From positions 32,001-96,000 of the IMG/VR virus record IMGVR_UViG_3300027754_005796: a stretch of 64,000 bases of DNA; one strand, given 5' to 3'. The stretch comes from a virus. The notes beneath the pieces were generated by a model. That model did no database searches, was not told the origin of the DNA, and saw nothing but the letters and a program-made list of their open reading frames with translations. This document shows positions 37,483 through 46,426 of the stretch, in pieces (the first letter of the stretch is position 1; every line of letters begins with the position of its first letter). The position numbers and the translations under genes were made by a program.

Positions 37483-38730
37483 ATGTTTGATGATGCAATC
37501 AGTTATGAGGCAAGAAGCTTTCAAGCTGAATTTTTAAAGAGATTGCATCGAGTTGGTGGTTATCGCCATGATCCCCAAATTCCCGCATTACTAGAAAAAT
37601 TACAGAATACGGAAAGCACTATCCTTGAATTTGCCTTAGGCGATTACGGCAAAGTTTTGTCTGGTTTTTGTGAAACCTTGGACCTAGAACATCCAGATAT
37701 TGCATCTTTTTTTGATGGGTTTTTTTGCGATGACAATCTGTTTGCTCAGCGATGTATGGAATTGATTGAATTGGCCAAGATCGCTAAAGATGCTAATTTC
37801 AAAACTATTTTCCCATTAATTGGGAAAATGTTGTTGGAAGAATCGATTGAAAAAAATATCTTGAAAAGATTAGATGCTACCAATCAATGCAAGTTTCATG
37901 TGCGCTTGATAAAAGATTCTGCTCGGCGTGAAGAAATCAGATGCACTAAGAAGATGCAGGTAATTGATTTGCAGGCTTTGCAAAAAAAAGGTGAAGAAAT
38001 TTGGAATTCACAGCCCTCAGACTTCAAAAAATTTCTTAGATTTGATGCAGCTTACACAGCCGAATTGCGTCAGGCAGAAAGAAAAATGCGTCGATATGAG
38101 GAATTGGGTTGTTCCTCATTAGCAACCGAAATTAAAAAGAGCATAGCTTCATTTCGTGACAACATGGACCAGTCTTACTATGGTTTCAACCGTATCACGA
38201 TGACCAACATATCGATCATTCTTGCTAAGTCTTTGGGATTTCGCTACAATCCCAAGAATTTCGATTCAGTTAGTTATATGACTCGTTTTGAACCGATGAT
38301 TTCTGTTCCAAAAAGTTTTTTCAATGGGTATAATTTTGATCCTATAACGACCCCTGAGTACATTCCTGTCAGTACATCAACAATTTATTGGCAATCTAGG
38401 TCTGATTTTTATGCGTATGAACCTAGGGTTTATCCTTTGCATGAGTTGCAATCGGTTATGCCCAAGTCTGCATCCGAAATAATTGATACTCTGGAAAATT
38501 TTCCAGATGCTGAAGGTAGACCTATTTTTGATCATTTTGGAATTATTGTGCCGGGCATATCATATATCTTTCATCATTTTGTTAACACAGAAGGCTGTCT
38601 TGAGTCTTACAACTCGTCCGAAGAATGCTGTAAGGCTATGGACAGATTGTTCATTCAGAACAAATTTTTTTATCCTGTCATAGTTGGCGAGAAAGACGGG
38701 AAATGTTTTTTTGTGTCGTATTGGATGTGA
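37483..38730 (+). CDS. hypothetical protein
   Basis: GAGGTG RBS; about 415 aa. Confidence 0.75.
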   Translation: MFDDAISYEARSFQAEFLKRLHRVGGYRHDPQIPALLEKLQNTESTILEFALGDYGKVLSGFCETLDLEHPDIASFFDGFFCDDNLFAQRCMELIELAKIAKDANFKTIFPLIGKMLLEESIEKNILKRLDATNQCKFHVRLIKDSARREEIRCTKKMQVIDLQALQKKGEEIWNSQPSDFKKFLRFDAAYTAELRQAERKMRRYEELGCSSLATEIKKSIASFRDNMDQSYYGFNRITMTNISIILAKSLGFRYNPKNFDSVSYMTRFEPMISVPKSFFNGYNFDPITTPEYIPVSTSTIYWQSRSDFYAYEPRVYPLHELQSVMPKSASEIIDTLENFPDAEGRPIFDHFGIIVPGISYIFHHFVNTEGCLESYNSSEECCKAMDRLFIQNKFFYPVIVGEKDGKCFFVSYWM

Positions 38731-38737
38731 GGGATTT

Positions 38738-38995
38738 ATGAAATACGAATTTACCCGTGATCAGCTTTTGGAATTTTCAAAATTGGTTTTTGAGAAAGCA
38801 ATCAACAGTTATCTTGATTTAAAAGAAGTGACTTGCGAGTCATTGCTGGACAAGTTTTTGGAAGATAAAAAAAGTATCATGCCTCTTACTCATTTGAGTA
38901 TGAGCCCCATAGTCACGGTTGATGGAACCTATTTCTATAGTGGCACAAATGTAGTGGTTACGAATTCGCAGGATTCGATTTTTTCGATACCCTAA
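38738..38995 (+). CDS. hypothetical protein
   Basis: GAGG RBS. Confidence 0.65.
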   Translation: MKYEFTRDQLLEFSKLVFEKAINSYLDLKEVTCESLLDKFLEDKKSIMPLTHLSMSPIVTVDGTYFYSGTNVVVTNSQDSIFSIP

Positions 38996-39014
38996 TAAGA
39001 AAGGTTTGGTAGAG

Positions 39015-39386
39015 ATGGCTAAGAGCAAGATTTTGACTCCTTCCGGTGAGATTTTTGGCACGGATTTGGTTCCTGTAGGCTCCAGAATCCCCAAGCTTAG
39101 TGAGTGTGTGCCCTGTGGCGCTCAAGTGCTTGTTGAAATTCTCACTCCTCAAGAAATGATGGGAACGGATTTGACCGTATCTGATAAGTTGGATTTGAAA
39201 GTCCCTCTTCAAGGTTATGTTCGTGCTGCTGGTCCTAGCTTCAATAGTGAAAGTTGGGGTTTTTGCATTGGTAATCGAGTTTTGATTTCCGGTGGTGGCG
39301 TTATGGCTCCCAATTATGACGGTTGCCACAGAGACCGATTCTTCATGGAACCTCACGCAATCAAGGCTGTGCTGGTTGAAGAATGA
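39015..39386 (+). CDS. GroES-like co-chaperonin
   Basis: PCGAQVLVE...QGYVRAAGP...IGNRVLI..GG...IKAVL pattern; adjacent to dnaJ. Confidence 0.75.
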   Translation: MAKSKILTPSGEIFGTDLVPVGSRIPKLSECVPCGAQVLVEILTPQEMMGTDLTVSDKLDLKVPLQGYVRAAGPSFNSESWGFCIGNRVLISGGGVMAPNYDGCHRDRFFMEPHAIKAVLVEE

Positions 39387-40441
39387 AAGACCTGTACGCA
39401 GTCCTTGGAGTTTCAAGAAATGCTACCAAAGACGAAATTTTAAAAGCTTATCGCAAAGGGGCAAAGACGCATCACCCGGATGTAAATCCGGGTGACCCCG
39501 ATGCGCCACGCCGTTTTGGCGAGATACAAGAATCTTACGATATTCTATCCGACCCGAAAAAACGGGCGGAATATGATGCAAGTGGCAGCAGGATGAACTT
39601 TCGTCGTCGTGATTCGGGAATGGGAAACCCGTTCAGCGATGTGATGAATGATTTTTTCGGTAACAACACATTCCGTGGTAGAAATGTACAGATAAGGTTA
39701 GAGATTGATTTAGAAGAAGCCTATACAGGCTGCAAAAAAATCATCAAAGTCAAAAGCAAAAATAAATGTGAAACCTGCAAGGGACAAGGAAGCGTCAGTA
39801 CAGATGTGTGTCAAGCCTGTAAGGGCGAAGGTTTCATCAAGGTGCAAAATGCTCCTTTTGAGTTTAGAAAAAGCTGTGGCGATTGCGACGGTAGTGGCAA
39901 GGTCGATTTAAAACCTTGTGACGATTGTCAAGCCACAGGAACCAAAGCAGGCTATGTAGAGCGTGAAATCGAAGTCGAAGTTCCTATGGGCATGGATAGC
40001 GGTATGCAAATCCGCTTGCCGGGATATGGCGAAGAGTCTATCAAGGGTGGAAAACCGGGCGATTTGGTTGTTTTTATAGTCGTCAGGGATCATGCTCTTT
40101 TTCAAAGAGATGGAATTGACTTGATGATTGATATTCCTGTTTCTTTTACACAGTTAGCTTTGGGTTGCGAACTTGAAATTCCCACTTTGGCAAATGAGCG
40201 TTTAAACATCAAAGTGCCAGCCGGTACGCAATCCCATAGTAAATTTAAGCTTAGAGGTAAGGGTTTGCCTGTTCCCCAAGGATTTATTGGCGATCTTATA
40301 GCAACCGTCAAAGTTGAAATTCCGAAAAATACAAACAAGGATTACGAAGACGCTTTAAAAAATCTTGTAAATTTTGAGCAACAAAATATTGGCCCCAAAA
40401 AAGAGCTTTGGCTAAAAAATATGTCAAAAGCCAATAGATAA
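39383..40441 (+). CDS. dnaJ: chaperone DnaJ
   Basis: J-domain with HPD, four CxxCxGxG repeats, C-terminal domain. Confidence 0.96.
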   Translation: MKDLYAVLGVSRNATKDEILKAYRKGAKTHHPDVNPGDPDAPRRFGEIQESYDILSDPKKRAEYDASGSRMNFRRRDSGMGNPFSDVMNDFFGNNTFRGRNVQIRLEIDLEEAYTGCKKIIKVKSKNKCETCKGQGSVSTDVCQACKGEGFIKVQNAPFEFRKSCGDCDGSGKVDLKPCDDCQATGTKAGYVEREIEVEVPMGMDSGMQIRLPGYGEESIKGGKPGDLVVFIVVRDHALFQRDGIDLMIDIPVSFTQLALGCELEIPTLANERLNIKVPAGTQSHSKFKLRGKGLPVPQGFIGDLIATVKVEIPKNTNKDYEDALKNLVNFEQQNIGPKKELWLKNMSKANR

Positions 40442-40473
40442 CCGTAAAGGATTTTCTTCATTCAGGGGTAAAA

Positions 40474-40677
40474 ATGAACAATATAAACAACAAGTTTTTT
40501 TGGGTTGTCGTTGCCTTGACCGGCTTTATGCTTGTCGTGGGCGTTGGTGGCAAGTTTTTTGTTGACAGAGTTGCTGATGTTGTTGTGGAAAAACTTAAGA
40601 AGAAATATAGCCCTTCTCCCTATGGTCCGGGGCTTGATCCAGACAAAATCGATGTTTCCAAGCTTCAAGGCAACTAG
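40474..40677 (+). CDS. small membrane protein
   Basis: One TM; YSPSPYGPG.DPDK tail. Confidence 0.7.
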   Translation: MNNINNKFFWVVVALTGFMLVVGVGGKFFVDRVADVVVEKLKKKYSPSPYGPGLDPDKIDVSKLQGN

Positions 40678-41021
40678 AAGACCTGACAACTTTGTATTGG
40701 CGACGGCTTGTCCGAGTGATCTTGTGGCAATCTGAATAGTTTGGCTACCATCGTTTTACCAATTACCGGCACGCCTTTTATTCTTTTGAATTCATCGTTT
40801 GTAAAAAACAATTTTGAACCATCATCCAACTGCACAAAGATTGGATTTTTTTTGTTAATCAAAATAATTATTTTACCTTTTTTGGTTACCGATGGAATAT
40901 CGAGTTCCATATTAGGAATTTGAAACTCTTTTGCCCAAGAATAATCTTCGACGCAAATTGCCCCATATTTGACAAGTCCGTCTTTAATATTCACATATTC
41001 TTGAAAATTGTTAATCATCAC
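40674..41021 (-). CDS. hypothetical protein (NNFQEYV N-terminus)
   Basis: 115-aa ORF. Confidence 0.7.
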   Translation of the reverse strand: MMINNFQEYVNIKDGLVKYGAICVEDYSWAKEFQIPNMELDIPSVTKKGKIIILINKKNPIFVQLDDGSKLFFTNDEFKRIKGVPVIGKTMVAKLFRLPQDHSDKPSPIQSCQVF

Positions 41022-41065
41022 TACTCTTTTAAATATATTATCTTACAGGGTTATTTAGCAGACAA

Positions 41066-41368
41066 ATGGAAAGAAAATACAATATTACATCCGGTTCAGT
41101 AGTTATGTCGATGGTCTTTACGGTCCAAAAGGTTGATACTTCTGACGAGTTGCTGACCATACATGCAGCAGTTGATATGGGCAATGAAAAAGTGTACTTT
41201 GTTGGTGATCAAATACCGGATATCGATTACAAGGATTTAGAGCTTGAGATTTTGCATTTTATTCAACCACAATTGACCGAGGGTCCAGAATTATCGCCTG
41301 ATATTCTTGCTCGAGTCGCTGAAATTCGTAGTGGGCAGTTTGAAGGTAAGAATATTCGACAGTTTTAA
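41066..41368 (+). CDS. hypothetical protein
   Basis: 100-aa ORF. Confidence 0.65.
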   Translation: MERKYNITSGSVVMSMVFTVQKVDTSDELLTIHAAVDMGNEKVYFVGDQIPDIDYKDLELEILHFIQPQLTEGPELSPDILARVAEIRSGQFEGKNIRQF

Positions 41369-41375
41369 GGAAAAC

Positions 41376-41744
41376 ATGGCTACAAACAACACAGAATCAG
41401 TAAATTTCAAAATTACCGCTACAGGCAATTCAGATGCCGATGAAAGAAAGCCCTGCAACCTGCACAGGTTGACTTTGGAAAAAGTCCATAAATGGCTGGA
41501 TGCTAGAGAATTAGACGAGGCGACTAGAAAGCGCCTCAAGAAAATGTGCAGTACATATCCAGAAGAGGCATTGGAAAATTGGTTGAATAATTTTACAATT
41601 CATTTATCCAGAGCTCGTCAGTATCTTGCCAAAAACACCAAGCCTAAGACTGTAGAAGAAAGTTTTGAGGATGTTTTTCCAGAATTGATTAAAGACAATC
41701 ACACAAACCCCGGTGCAGTCCCACATGTCGAAGAATTTGAATAA
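41376..41744 (+). CDS. hypothetical protein
   Basis: AAGG RBS, ATG 41376. Confidence 0.7.
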   Translation: MATNNTESVNFKITATGNSDADERKPCNLHRLTLEKVHKWLDARELDEATRKRLKKMCSTYPEEALENWLNNFTIHLSRARQYLAKNTKPKTVEESFEDVFPELIKDNHTNPGAVPHVEEFE

Positions 41745-42216
41745 CAGATTACACGGTCACAAAGTGGATGTTCAAATTGTGGCTGATAGTCCAGAATTTA
41801 TACCAGAATACAAAACAGTTGGTAGTGCTGGCTGTGATTTAATGGCCAATATCCCAGCAGATGATACGGGTCGTCGTGTTGTCATGGTAATGCCAAACCA
41901 AGTTGAATGCGTAGATGCGGGATTCAGAATGGTTTTGCCTTTCGGTTGGGAGGCTCAAATTAGACCCCGTAGTAGTTTGTCTCTCAAAGGTTTGCAAGTC
42001 ACTAATTCACCCGGAACGATTGATTCAGATTATTTGGGCAGAATCAAAGTGATCGTTAGCAACACCAGTAAAAACATCATTAACATTCAGCATGGCGAGA
42101 GATTTGCACAGATGCTTATCAAGCCTGTTTGGCAAATAAATTGGATTGCTGTTAATAAAATTGGCATCACTACAGAACGAGGCGATGGCGGTTTCGGATC
42201 AACTGGTTCAAAATAA
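41725..42216 (+). CDS. dut: trimeric dUTPase
   Basis: AGCDL, IRPRSSL, NSPGTIDSDYLG, ERFAQ, RGDGGFGSTG. Confidence 0.96.
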   Translation: MSKNLNNRLHGHKVDVQIVADSPEFIPEYKTVGSAGCDLMANIPADDTGRRVVMVMPNQVECVDAGFRMVLPFGWEAQIRPRSSLSLKGLQVTNSPGTIDSDYLGRIKVIVSNTSKNIINIQHGERFAQMLIKPVWQINWIAVNKIGITTERGDGGFGSTGSK

Positions 42217-42224
42217 GAGGAAAC

Positions 42225-42434
42225 ATGAAGATATTTGCTATTTTAAGCGTGGCTAGGCAGGTTCAAGGAGAATATGTTTGCATAAAAGCCGAAAAGGCTT
42301 TTTTGACGGCAACCAAGGCCGAAGAACATGCAAATAAGTTGTCAAAACAATTTGCCGAGACTATTTCTACGCCTGTTGGGCCTATAGAATGTGTTTGTGA
42401 GCGTGGCGTATTTGAATTAGATGTTGAGGAGTAA
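42225..42434 (+). CDS. hypothetical protein
   Basis: GAGG RBS. Confidence 0.7.
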   Translation: MKIFAILSVARQVQGEYVCIKAEKAFLTATKAEEHANKLSKQFAETISTPVGPIECVCERGVFELDVEE

Positions 42435-42436
42435 AA

Positions 42437-43174
42437 ATGGCCGATCCTATTTCCGTACACAACCCTCTTGAGGGTGAGCGTCCTGAGTTAACTGTAAAAC
42501 TGCACGAAAACACCGATGATCATATTTCAATCATCGTTGTTCACAAAGACAGACCAGAATATCTGAATATTTGTTTGCAATCAATTGCAGTAACAAGCTT
42601 CAATAACAATTACGAAATCATAGTTGTTGACAATGCTAGTGGCAAGGATTCACAGGAATTCCTCAAGGACATTCAGACTGAAGTCAAAGTTGTTCGCAAT
42701 GATAAAAACCTCTTTTGGTCTGCTGCCTGTAACTTGGGCGTTCAAGCTGCCGACAAGAATAGCAAATATTTTCTGTTTTTGCATTGCGATGTTGTTGTAC
42801 TCAATCCAGCATGGATTGATCTTTTGGTAAATGTCTCCGAGGCACAGCAAAGTGGTTTCGTGGGAATTGATACCCAAAGTTACATGATGGGAAATCAGAA
42901 GGTTGATTTCTTGCAAGAATATGTGTTGTTGATGACCCGTGATTGTTGGAATGATATTGGTCCTTGGCCCGAGCAATTACCGCAAGTCGGTCCTTGTTTC
43001 ATTATGACCATGAAAGCACAACAAAAAAACCATAAGCCTCAGATCATGAAGAACCAGATCGTTCATCATTATAGAATTTTTAGCATGGACATTTCCGAGT
43101 ATGAGAGGATGACCGAACAGGCTATGGTGACCTTGCCAAAGTTGCTTACCGATATTCAGGCAAAACCAGTATGA
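42437..43174 (+). CDS. GT2-like glycosyltransferase
   Basis: ISIIVV, YEIIVVDNAS, ACNLG, FLHCD. Confidence 0.85.
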   Translation: MADPISVHNPLEGERPELTVKLHENTDDHISIIVVHKDRPEYLNICLQSIAVTSFNNNYEIIVVDNASGKDSQEFLKDIQTEVKVVRNDKNLFWSAACNLGVQAADKNSKYFLFLHCDVVVLNPAWIDLLVNVSEAQQSGFVGIDTQSYMMGNQKVDFLQEYVLLMTRDCWNDIGPWPEQLPQVGPCFIMTMKAQQKNHKPQIMKNQIVHHYRIFSMDISEYERMTEQAMVTLPKLLTDIQAKPV

Positions 43175-43863
43175 AAGCAACATTTAAGAATGAAGTAGCT
43201 GCGGTATTTGACGATGTCTTTGAGCCAGACATCTACAAATACTTCATCAGTTTTTTCAATTCACAGAATTTTTCATTTCGTAGCTCTGGGCCTTGGCATA
43301 AAATTTGGAAAATTAATGACGGTGAATTTTTAGCTGGTCAGGAAGTTTCCAGCACGCAGATGCCTTTGAACAATCCTTATGATTGGCTCTACACTCAGAT
43401 TCACGGACTTGCCACTAATCACCTTAAAGACATCGTTGGAGAGGAAGGCAAAGATTGGTGTGAGATCGCAATTAGACCTTACATTTATCCCGCTGGAACT
43501 AAAATTTCTTGGCATGATGATTACGGTTATACTGCTGCTTGTATTTTTTATTGCCACCAAGAGTGGAATCCATTCTGGGGTGGTGAATTGATGTTGGCCA
43601 ATACTCCACCTCATGATGTTCTTGATACAACTGTTGGAAACGATGACAGTATCAATCGTTTATACAGCAAGCAGTTACTAAATCACTATGGCTTTGGAAT
43701 GTATTTTTCACCCAATCCCAATCGTTTGCTTTTCACCAAGGGTGGCGTTTGGCACGCAATTAATCGTGTAGATCAGTCTGCTGGCGACAATATTCGTGCA
43801 TCCGTGGTTGCTTTTTTCAGGAAGACTCCTTGTCAATCAATGGAGCAACCTTCTCAGTCATAA
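43171..43863 (+). CDS. 2OG-Fe(II) oxygenase (prolyl-4-hydroxylase-like)
   Basis: ISWHDD, WGGEL, PNRL, WHAINRV, R.S. Confidence 0.9.
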   Translation: MKATFKNEVAAVFDDVFEPDIYKYFISFFNSQNFSFRSSGPWHKIWKINDGEFLAGQEVSSTQMPLNNPYDWLYTQIHGLATNHLKDIVGEEGKDWCEIAIRPYIYPAGTKISWHDDYGYTAACIFYCHQEWNPFWGGELMLANTPPHDVLDTTVGNDDSINRLYSKQLLNHYGFGMYFSPNPNRLLFTKGGVWHAINRVDQSAGDNIRASVVAFFRKTPCQSMEQPSQS

Positions 43864-44308
43864 ATTTGTGCCACTCTGGATTGTTCCAGATGACCGGCGC
43901 ATGATTTGAGTATGTTGCTGCATAACTCATGCAAAAAACTTCTTCGTCATTTTGTTTCAAGGCCTCTTTTTGAGCTTTTTTATCAAATTTAGACATTTGT
44001 TCTTTTTTGGTTCTCGCAACTAATTCCGACCACTCTTTTCGCAATTTTGCCGACATCAAATATTCCCAGACTAAATGTGCAATTTCATGAAGAGTGGTGA
44101 AGCTACGACTGTAGTTCCAAGGGGCTGCTACAACGATTTTATCTTTGTGAATATATCCTATGTGTTGGTTGTCACCATTGAGTGTGTTGCCGGGGGTGTA
44201 TCTAAATTTGTAACCTTGCAATAGTTTTCTGTGTCCAGCGGGTAAGATGGATAACAGCTTTTCAACATTGCGTTTTTCTTCAGATTCTAAAAATTGTTTA
44301 AAATTCAT
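43817..44308 (-). CDS. zincin-like metallopeptidase with MNFKQFLESEE N-terminus
   Basis: TTLHEIAH and downstream EEVFC; TATAAATA upstream. Confidence 0.75.
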   Translation of the reverse strand: MNFKQFLESEEKRNVEKLLSILPAGHRKLLQGYKFRYTPGNTLNGDNQHIGYIHKDKIVVAAPWNYSRSFTTLHEIAHLVWEYLMSAKLRKEWSELVARTKKEQMSKFDKKAQKEALKQNDEEVFCMSYAATYSNHAPVIWNNPEWHKFMTEKVAPLIDKESS

Positions 44309-44331
44309 CCCTGCCCCTTTTTATTTTAAAT

Positions 44332-44339
44332 TATTTATA
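44332..44339 (-). promoter_or_regulatory. T4-type late promoter TATAAATA
   Basis: Perfect octamer 23 nt upstream of ATG 44308. Confidence 0.55.
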
Positions 44340-44363
44340 CAAATTTGTCACTAAATTTATAAT

Positions 44364-44630
44364 ATCATGGGCCGTGAGGCGGGAACCGATTGCCCTAATT
44401 ATCGGGATTTTTTTGTGTTTCTACTAAAAACACAACGCTTGTCTCCCTGCGAATGGGTGTCGGGTAACGAAAATGACCCTAATAGTACGGAAAGCCTTGA
44501 AAGAGCAGCAATCTTTCAACTGTGATTTGAATGAAAGTCGTCCATGATTTGTAAAATCAGCCTTGTGCCGGAAAGTTTCTGTGGACTGTCAATAATTCAA
44601 AGGAGCCTTGTGGCAACACAAGGCTCTTTA
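44364..44630 (+). ncRNA. candidate structured ncRNA or leader upstream of phoH
   Basis: TATAAT at 44358; closing stem atcatgggc/gtccatgat; several internal hairpins; terminal GAGCCTTGTG-GCAA-CACAAGGCTC hairpin. Confidence 0.55.
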
Positions 44631-44659
44631 AATTAAATGTTCTAAACTATAGATAAAGC

Positions 44660-46426
44660 ATGGCAAAACAAAAACCAAAAAGAGTTGTAAAGCAAGAAAA
44701 ACCAGCACCAGAGGCAGGCAGCAGAAGACCCTTCCATCTTGAGTTCAAAACACCGGCTCAAAAGATGGCGTGGGCAGCATTCGATCAACACGATGTGTTG
44801 TTCTTGCTGGGCGCTCCGGGTACGGGAAAGGCTTTAACATTAAATTCAAAGCTTTATACTCGTAATAGATACATTTTGATGAGAGATGTAAAAGTTGGCG
44901 ATGAAATTGCCAATCCAGATGGTAATTTTTCTAAAGTAACAGGTGTTTTTCCTCAGGGAAAAAAGCAAGTTTGTCGAGTTCATTTTAGCGATGGTACTTA
45001 TGTAGATTGCTGCGAGGAACACCTGTGGACGATTTCTCAGACAGCTAGTAGAGGCTGGAAAAATCAGGTCAAGACAACTGCATATATTGAAAAAAATCAT
45101 TTAAGAAGCGATGGTCATAGAGCATTTTCTGTTATAGCCACTAAACCATTGAATTTTGATAGGCAAAAATTTTTGATAAATCCTTATTTGCTGGGTGTTT
45201 TTATTGCTGAAGGAAATTTGACTAATGCAAATGTAGTCTTTAGTTCTTGTGAGTCAGAAATTGTTTCGAGGATTGCAAATTCACTTTGCGAAGGTTATGT
45301 TTGTAAATCAAAAACAAAATTTAATACAGAAGCTGCCGATCATCGGATTGTAAAAAAGAATAGAAGTAGCTGTAAGAACATCTACAAAGAGAACTTAAAA
45401 GATTTGGGCCTTTGGGGTAAAAAGTCTTACGAAAAGTTTATACCGCTTGAATATCAATATTGTGCTGTCGATCAAAGAATCGCCTTGTTGCAAGGACTTA
45501 TGGATGGTGATGGCACAATAGATAAAAACGGTTCTTGTAGTTACTGCACAACTTCATACCAATTGGCTCAAGATTTTTGTCAATTGATATATTCTTTGGG
45601 TGGATCGACAAAAATAAAGATAAAAAAAGGTTCTGCTAAACCCGATGGTACTCGTCACAGAATTTCCTATAGATGTCATGTGAATCTTCCGGCAGAAATA
45701 GAAATTTTTTTCTTGAATAGAAAAAAAAGATTGGTAAAAGCAAGGTCCAAGTATTTCCCCAAAAGAATGATCGACCGTGTGGAAAGATTGAATTACGAAG
45801 ACATGCAATGCATTACTGTTGATCATAAAGATTCTTTGTTTTTAACTGACAATTTTACTGTGACTCACAATTCACATCTGGGTTGTGCTTTTGCAATCAG
45901 CGAGGTACTTGCAAAAAGAAAACAAACAATTGTTCTAACAAGGCCGACTGTGGAGGCTGGAGGGGAAAGCCTAGGATTTTTGCCGGGAAATGCAGATGAA
46001 AAAATCCATCCTTACATGCTCCCACTTTTTGACTGCATGGACAGGTGCTTGGGGAAATTTTCGCCTCAGAGAGAAATAATTAACAAAAGCGTTGAACTGG
46101 CTCCCATGTGTTTCATGAGAGGTCGCACATTCCACGATTCGGTGTGTATTTTGGACGAAGCTCAAAATTGTAATTTTACTCAGTTGAAATTATTCTTAAC
46201 GAGATTTGGAGAGAACAGCAAAGTCATCATCACGGGAGACCCGATGCAAAGTGATTTGCATCCTAGGGACAGAGCTTTGATGAATGTTGTTGATAGGCTT
46301 TCTACATTGAAGGGTGTGGGTGTTATACAGTTCAAATCCAACGCAATCGTGCGACATCCGCTAATTGCTGGTATTCTCGAAAAATTGGAAGCAAAGGAGG
46401 AGCATGGCTCTAGTAGTACCGAATGA
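44660..46426 (+). CDS. phoH: PhoH-like ATPase with intein (about 241 aa after splicing)
   Basis: GAPGTGK|...|SH, LTRP.VE, LGFLPG, FMRGRTF, ILDEAQN, LTR.G, TGDP.QSDL, IVRHP. Confidence 0.95.
   Translation: MAKQKPKRVVKQEKPAPEAGSRRPFHLEFKTPAQKMAWAAFDQHDVLFLLGAPGTGKALTLNSKLYTRNRYILMRDVKVGDEIANPDGNFSKVTGVFPQGKKQVCRVHFSDGTYVDCCEEHLWTISQTASRGWKNQVKTTAYIEKNHLRSDGHRAFSVIATKPLNFDRQKFLINPYLLGVFIAEGNLTNANVVFSSCESEIVSRIANSLCEGYVCKSKTKFNTEAADHRIVKKNRSSCKNIYKENLKDLGLWGKKSYEKFIPLEYQYCAVDQRIALLQGLMDGDGTIDKNGSCSYCTTSYQLAQDFCQLIYSLGGSTKIKIKKGSAKPDGTRHRISYRCHVNLPAEIEIFFLNRKKRLVKARSKYFPKRMIDRVERLNYEDMQCITVDHKDSLFLTDNFTVTHNSHLGCAFAISEVLAKRKQTIVLTRPTVEAGGESLGFLPGNADEKIHPYMLPLFDCMDRCLGKFSPQREIINKSVELAPMCFMRGRTFHDSVCILDEAQNCNFTQLKLFLTRFGENSKVIITGDPMQSDLHPRDRALMNVVDRLSTLKGVGVIQFKSNAIVRHPLIAGILEKLEAKEEHGSSSTE
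44831..45871 (+). mobile_element. Ala-1 (class 3-type) intein with LAGLIDADG endonuclease in the PhoH P-loop (347 aa)
   Basis: GK|ALTLNS start; CCEEHLW, QCITV, VTHN|S; LLGVFIAEG and LLQGLMDGDG. Confidence 0.9.

Noticed and set aside
39472-39495. Perfect 10-bp GTAA-capped hairpin inside dnaJ
   Set aside because: In frame and explained by the codons for HPDVNPG; it does not disrupt the gene, unlike the dnaE insert.
44364-44630. RNase P RNA, 6S RNA, HDV-like ribozyme or group II intron identity for the structured region
   Set aside because: Only short partial resemblances (GAAAGTC, GCGAATGGG, GGGTGTC). The required conserved cores could not be assembled by eye.
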